Made by a program: the position numbers and the translations under genes. 20,000 bases of DNA from an uncultured virus (IMG/VR IMGVR_UViG_3300046170_000325) (lineage: Duplodnaviria; Heunggongvirae; Uroviricota; Caudoviricetes): the IMG/VR virus record IMGVR_UViG_3300046170_000325. One strand, given 5' to 3'. This document shows, in pieces, positions 16,766 through 20,000 of the stretch. Under the pieces are notes generated by a model, which saw only the letters and a program-made list of their open reading frames with translations, ran no database searches and was not told the DNA's origin. Each line of letters starts with the position of its first letter. Position 1 is the stretch's first letter.

Positions 16766-17048
16766 TGTTCTCTCTCCTTTTTTGGTTAAATAATTTTCTT
16801 TGCCTTTCGTGTTCATCTCCTTTCATCATGTCAATAAGATCCTCCTCACTATGTGGGCTAGGAATATGTTGCTTATGATTAGAGTTAGACCATTCAATTA
16901 CTTGGCTATCATCATTGTATGTAATGGTAAACTTCCAAGGTTTTTCAGGATCTTTCTTTTCGTCAAGGATCATCTTGATTTCTTTACGCCACTTCTCTAG
17001 TTTGATAAGTGTGCGTTGTCGTTCTACTTTTAGATCATGTTCTGTCAT
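16755..17048 (-). CDS. Hypothetical protein
   Basis: 97-aa ORF with GGAGG RBS, overlapping its neighbours. Confidence 0.65.
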   Translation of the reverse strand: MTEHDLKVERQRTLIKLEKWRKEIKMILDEKKDPEKPWKFTITYNDDSQVIEWSNSNHKQHIPSPHSEEDLIDMMKGDEHERQRKLFNQKRRENNGI

Positions 17049-17235
17049 TAGATACCTCCTCTATTTCTAAAACTTCTTCTTCATCATAACCAAGATTAAG
17101 TCCTGTTCCTGTGCTTAACTCATTTTCTGGCTCATAGTTTCCCATATCAACCATTTCTCTAGCTTCATCTTCTGATTTTGCTTCAACTTCTATTTCAGAA
17201 TAGCCTATCCATTTTGTAAATACTTTATACCTCAT
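17035..17235 (-). CDS. Small acidic hypothetical protein (IEVEA.S.DEA motif)
   Basis: 66-aa ORF with AAGGAG RBS, in the leftward cluster. Confidence 0.65.
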   Translation of the reverse strand: MRYKVFTKWIGYSEIEVEAKSEDEAREMVDMGNYEPENELSTGTGLNLGYDEEEVLEIEEVSNDRT

Positions 17236-17862
17236 CTTTTATCTCCTTGTTGATACTTTGTTCTATGTATGTTCCCCATTGATCAGCCATGGCCTTAGCA
17301 ATGCCTGTGTAGAACATACTCCTTTCTTTACCCTTGCCACTACCAATCCACCAAATCCTATGCTTTTCTTTAGGGTGTAGTTTGTCAGTAGCTTCCTTAA
17401 CATTATCTGTTTCAGTCAGCTTGGGTAAATCTTTTAGCCATAAGCAAGTGCGTTTGTATTCTTTGTGTCCAAACTGATAAGGGTTAATCGTTTGATCTGA
17501 TTTCCTTATGTAAGATGAGATAACACTTACTGGATTCTCAATGGCTATATGTTTGATTGGAGCTTCCATAAGTTTTTTGACAAACTCAATAGCGTCATCT
17601 CTTAAATGCATTGGTTTCTTACCCTCAGTAAACCACCTTGCCCCACTAACAGATAGATGAGTGCATGGTGGGTGTCCTATCATCAAGTCCCAACCTTGAT
17701 CCAAGATGTCAAAGACATCTCCTCATAGTGTCTATCTTGTATATCGCTTTCGCATGGTAGTATGTCGCAAGACCAAGCGTCAAAACCTAGTTCAAGGAAT
17801 GCGTCCCTTACTGTTCCACTATACTCACAAGCAACCAATACTTTTATCTTGCTTCTATCCAT
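17225..17862 (-). pseudogene. Short phage cytosine methyltransferase-like gene, interrupted by a 1-nt frameshift near 17722
   Basis: From ATG 17862: MDRSKIKVLVACEYSGTVRDAF...WSCDILP...RHYE. It continues in the -1 frame as GDVFDILDQGWDLMIGHPPCT...IENP...GIAKAMADQW. Unshifted, it stops at TGA 17685-17683. Confidence 0.85.
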
Positions 17863-18052
17863 TGTCTTGCTCCTTTAGTGCGTTTGAATGTTGTTGCCAA
17901 TAGCTTATAAATTGTTCTAGCTTTTCAATGTGCTTTTCTATGTTCTTACTGTCTTCATAGTGAAGCCTGTAATCAATCATCTCTTTTATGTGTTCAAAAG
18001 ACTTCTCTATTTCTTTTAAATCATCTTGTAAAAAACCTACTAATCTACTCAT
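17855..18052 (-). CDS. Hypothetical protein
   Basis: 65-aa helical ORF with GGAGG RBS. Confidence 0.6.
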   Translation of the reverse strand: MSRLVGFLQDDLKEIEKSFEHIKEMIDYRLHYEDSKNIEKHIEKLEQFISYWQQHSNALKEQDNG

Positions 18053-18371
18053 TGTCTACCTCCTCTATTTCTATGACATGAGCAAAGTCATCACACTCAA
18101 AACAGTATGCGTCCTTTCCTGCATGGTTAGTAATTGGTTGACCATTCACATCTTCCATAGTCCATGATTGCGTCCTACATTCTTCGCATACGCTTATCAT
18201 GTTTGGTTTCTTTAGTTCTATACTTATGAAATCATCTAGGTAATAACCCAGTTCATTCATAAAGGTAAGATTAATTTGCGAGTGTAGATCAAGTAAGTCT
18301 TTGGCTTGAATATCGAACTCCAAGCCACCCCTTATTTTTAATATATATGTTTGTTTGTTAAATTTACTCAT
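18045..18371 (-). CDS. Hypothetical protein with C-terminal CxxC...CxxC (possible Zn ribbon)
   Basis: CEEC...CFEC. Start ATG 18371 with AGGAG upstream. Confidence 0.6.
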   Translation of the reverse strand: MSKFNKQTYILKIRGGLEFDIQAKDLLDLHSQINLTFMNELGYYLDDFISIELKKPNMISVCEECRTQSWTMEDVNGQPITNHAGKDAYCFECDDFAHVIEIEEVDNE

Positions 18372-18588
18372 TTGCACACTCCTCTATCATGGTTTGTGTT
18401 GATAAATTTTCTAATAACCAATGTTGCTTTCCTCTATCTGCTGTTTCAAATTTCATGGTATTGAAATCTAAATATACCCAACAGTCCATGTCATCATTCC
18501 ATATAATTTCAACGAAATCTTTTTGGAAATACCAACGTCCATTGCTTATTAAATCTTGGCATTTATTAATTAATTTTTCTCTATTCAT
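18364..18588 (-). CDS. Hypothetical protein
   Basis: 74-aa ORF with AAGGAG RBS and TAATG coupling. Confidence 0.6.
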   Translation of the reverse strand: MNREKLINKCQDLISNGRWYFQKDFVEIIWNDDMDCWVYLDFNTMKFETADRGKQHWLLENLSTQTMIEECANE

Positions 18589-18992
18589 TAGTCTTGCTCC
18601 TTATAACCAAACACTTGATCATTTTTACTTCTGATTTCTTCAACCATTTCGTTGAAGTCATACTCCTGTTGCTCATACCCATCATGGTATTCTCTATCAA
18701 CTATCTCCCAATCTTTGACAACATAAACTCCATTGTCATAGTTATCAGTATCAAGTTGTTTGTATGTTCCAACTCCAAGAGATAGCGTTCCTCCTAGTGT
18801 GTTGCCTGTTAATTGTGATAGCCTTGCGATTGCGTAGCTTGGATCAGCTTGACATCTAATGCCATATAATTTGGCGACATGTAGCAAAGGTTCTACTGAA
18901 TCTCGCCCTCCATTCCAATGAAGATATAGCGACTGCCAATCCTCCTTTGGTGTGTTGTTTTCTTTGATTGTTATTACTGCTCTATTTCCCAT
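18588..18992 (-). CDS. Conserved-looking phage early protein (MGNRA...YLHWNGG)
   Basis: 134-aa ORF with AGGAG RBS. The MG.R...Y.HW.G pattern is typical of a widespread uncharacterised phage family. Confidence 0.7.
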   Translation of the reverse strand: MGNRAVITIKENNTPKEDWQSLYLHWNGGRDSVEPLLHVAKLYGIRCQADPSYAIARLSQLTGNTLGGTLSLGVGTYKQLDTDNYDNGVYVVKDWEIVDREYHDGYEQQEYDFNEMVEEIRSKNDQVFGYKEQD

Positions 18993-18993
18993 T

Positions 18994-19302
18994 CTATGCT
19001 CCTATGTTTATCCAATATCCTGCACTATAAACATGCAATCTATATGGTGTTATTTTTTCTTCGACTTCTAAGTGGCTACCACAAAAATAACCAACTGCTT
19101 CGTCCATTAGGTCAAAATCTTTCTTCATGATGATTGCTTCTTGTTCATCTTTCCAATGCCATGGCTCAGATTTTCTTCCTAAATTGTTTAGCTTGTAGAG
19201 TTTCTGTGCAAGTTTGTTAAACCTTTTAAACCCTACTTCTAATTCATCTCTTGTATATTTCTTCTTTGCCTTTGGCATTTCGTTTACTAAAGTTAGTCCC
19301 AT
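18994..19302 (-). CDS. Hypothetical protein
   Basis: 102-aa ORF with GGAGG RBS, ending SAGYWINIGA. Confidence 0.65.
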   Translation of the reverse strand: MGLTLVNEMPKAKKKYTRDELEVGFKRFNKLAQKLYKLNNLGRKSEPWHWKDEQEAIIMKKDFDLMDEAVGYFCGSHLEVEEKITPYRLHVYSAGYWINIGA

Positions 19303-19304
19303 TG

Positions 19305-19487
19305 CTACACCTCCTCAGCGTCTATAGTTTCATGGTCGCTTATATGCTCCCATTTAATATCATCACAATTATCAATGGCTAAATCTTCTGCTTGTTCCCA
19401 ATCAGTAGCCATGATAATTTTTTCTTCTACTATTGTTGTGATTCTCCTTACAACAAATTCTTTTAAGTCTTTTTTAGTTATATCCAT
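19305..19487 (-). CDS. Small acidic hypothetical protein
   Basis: 60-aa ORF with TAATG coupling. Confidence 0.55.
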   Translation of the reverse strand: MDITKKDLKEFVVRRITTIVEEKIIMATDWEQAEDLAIDNCDDIKWEHISDHETIDAEEV

Positions 19488-19867
19488 TACGCCCTCACTG
19501 AATATTCATCTTCACTTAAACCAACTTCAATAGAACCACCATTGGCAATTCTTTTTAGTTGGTCATCTTGTAGATGTAAGTTGAAAGCAAAGTCATCTCT
19601 ACTTACTAGATATGAATCTTCCCAAACATCTTTGTTATATTTAGGATTGAATCCACTAGCATAGACAACTGTGTTATTAGTTTTTGGTGTCTTATCTTTT
19701 GGTGTTTGATAAGCGTTCATTAAATAAATGCCATCATCTTTTACAAGATAGAAAGATTTATCTGTTGTGTATTTATCTCTATAAGCTACTTTGAAATTAC
19801 TAGCTTTGATAGTTTCCTTAGCCAACTTGACTAAAGACTTGTTAGAATTAAATTTTAATCGTGTCAT
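19487..19867 (-). CDS. DUF3085-like protein
   Basis: LVKDDGIYLM...VVYA.G.NP....D.W.......DDF matches the DUF3085 pattern as I recall it. AAGGAG RBS. Confidence 0.7.
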   Translation of the reverse strand: MTRLKFNSNKSLVKLAKETIKASNFKVAYRDKYTTDKSFYLVKDDGIYLMNAYQTPKDKTPKTNNTVVYASGFNPKYNKDVWEDSYLVSRDDFAFNLHLQDDQLKRIANGGSIEVGLSEDEYSVRA

Positions 19868-19900
19868 ATTTGTTCTCCTTTTTATTTATGATACTCACTA

Positions 19901-19928
19901 ATTATACTCTTATTGCACACATTTTCAA
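19901..19928 (-). promoter_or_regulatory. Sigma70-type promoter driving the leftward small-gene cluster
   Basis: TTGAAA (19928-19923), 16-nt spacer, TATAAT (19906-19901), upstream of ATG 19867. Confidence 0.7.
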
Positions 19929-20000
19929 CTATAGACACACACTTTATAAGATAACAGAAGATAAAAAAAACATTAGATAAACACTTATTATTCTCAAAAA

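Larger units (their letters stand above)
1..20000. mobile_element. Tailed dsDNA bacteriophage genome segment (Caudoviricetes, probably podovirus-like)
   Basis: Dense, overlapping, co-oriented gene blocks. Sak4-like ATPase, DUF669, SF2 helicase and Cas4-like nuclease module; Prim-Pol primase-helicase; TerS-like gene; orphan MTases; many short ORFs. No host housekeeping genes or integrase in the window. Confidence 0.95.

Overview
The whole window is about 20 kb of an AT-rich tailed dsDNA phage genome, with no host genes; the gene content resembles marine podovirus-type phages, but the host cannot be determined here. From left to right it contains five blocks. (1) The end of a rightward virion module (two probable internal/ejection proteins) plus a DUF1064-like endonuclease. 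(2) A leftward recombination/replication operon: Sak4-like AAA ATPase, DUF669 SSB, RadD/YejH-like SF2 helicase and Cas4-like exonuclease. (3) A divergent control region with promoters, an operator-like palindrome and a structured leader RNA. (4) A rightward operon: Cro-like HTH, Prim-Pol/AAA primase-helicase, two DNA methyltransferases, a repeat-rich origin-like tract and a terminase small subunit-like gene. (5) A leftward cluster of small early-type genes including an orphan xseB, a third methyltransferase-like gene and a DUF3085-like gene. The most notable observations are: a leader RNA whose loop can pair with the Cro-like gene's ribosome-binding site; single-base frameshifts confined to two of the three methyltransferases; a C5 methyltransferase with several TRD-like modules; a Cas4-like nuclease apparently lacking its Fe-S cysteines; a phage xseB without xseA in the window; and two small genes with conserved cassette-like ends. 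All family assignments come from recognising motifs by eye, not from database searches.
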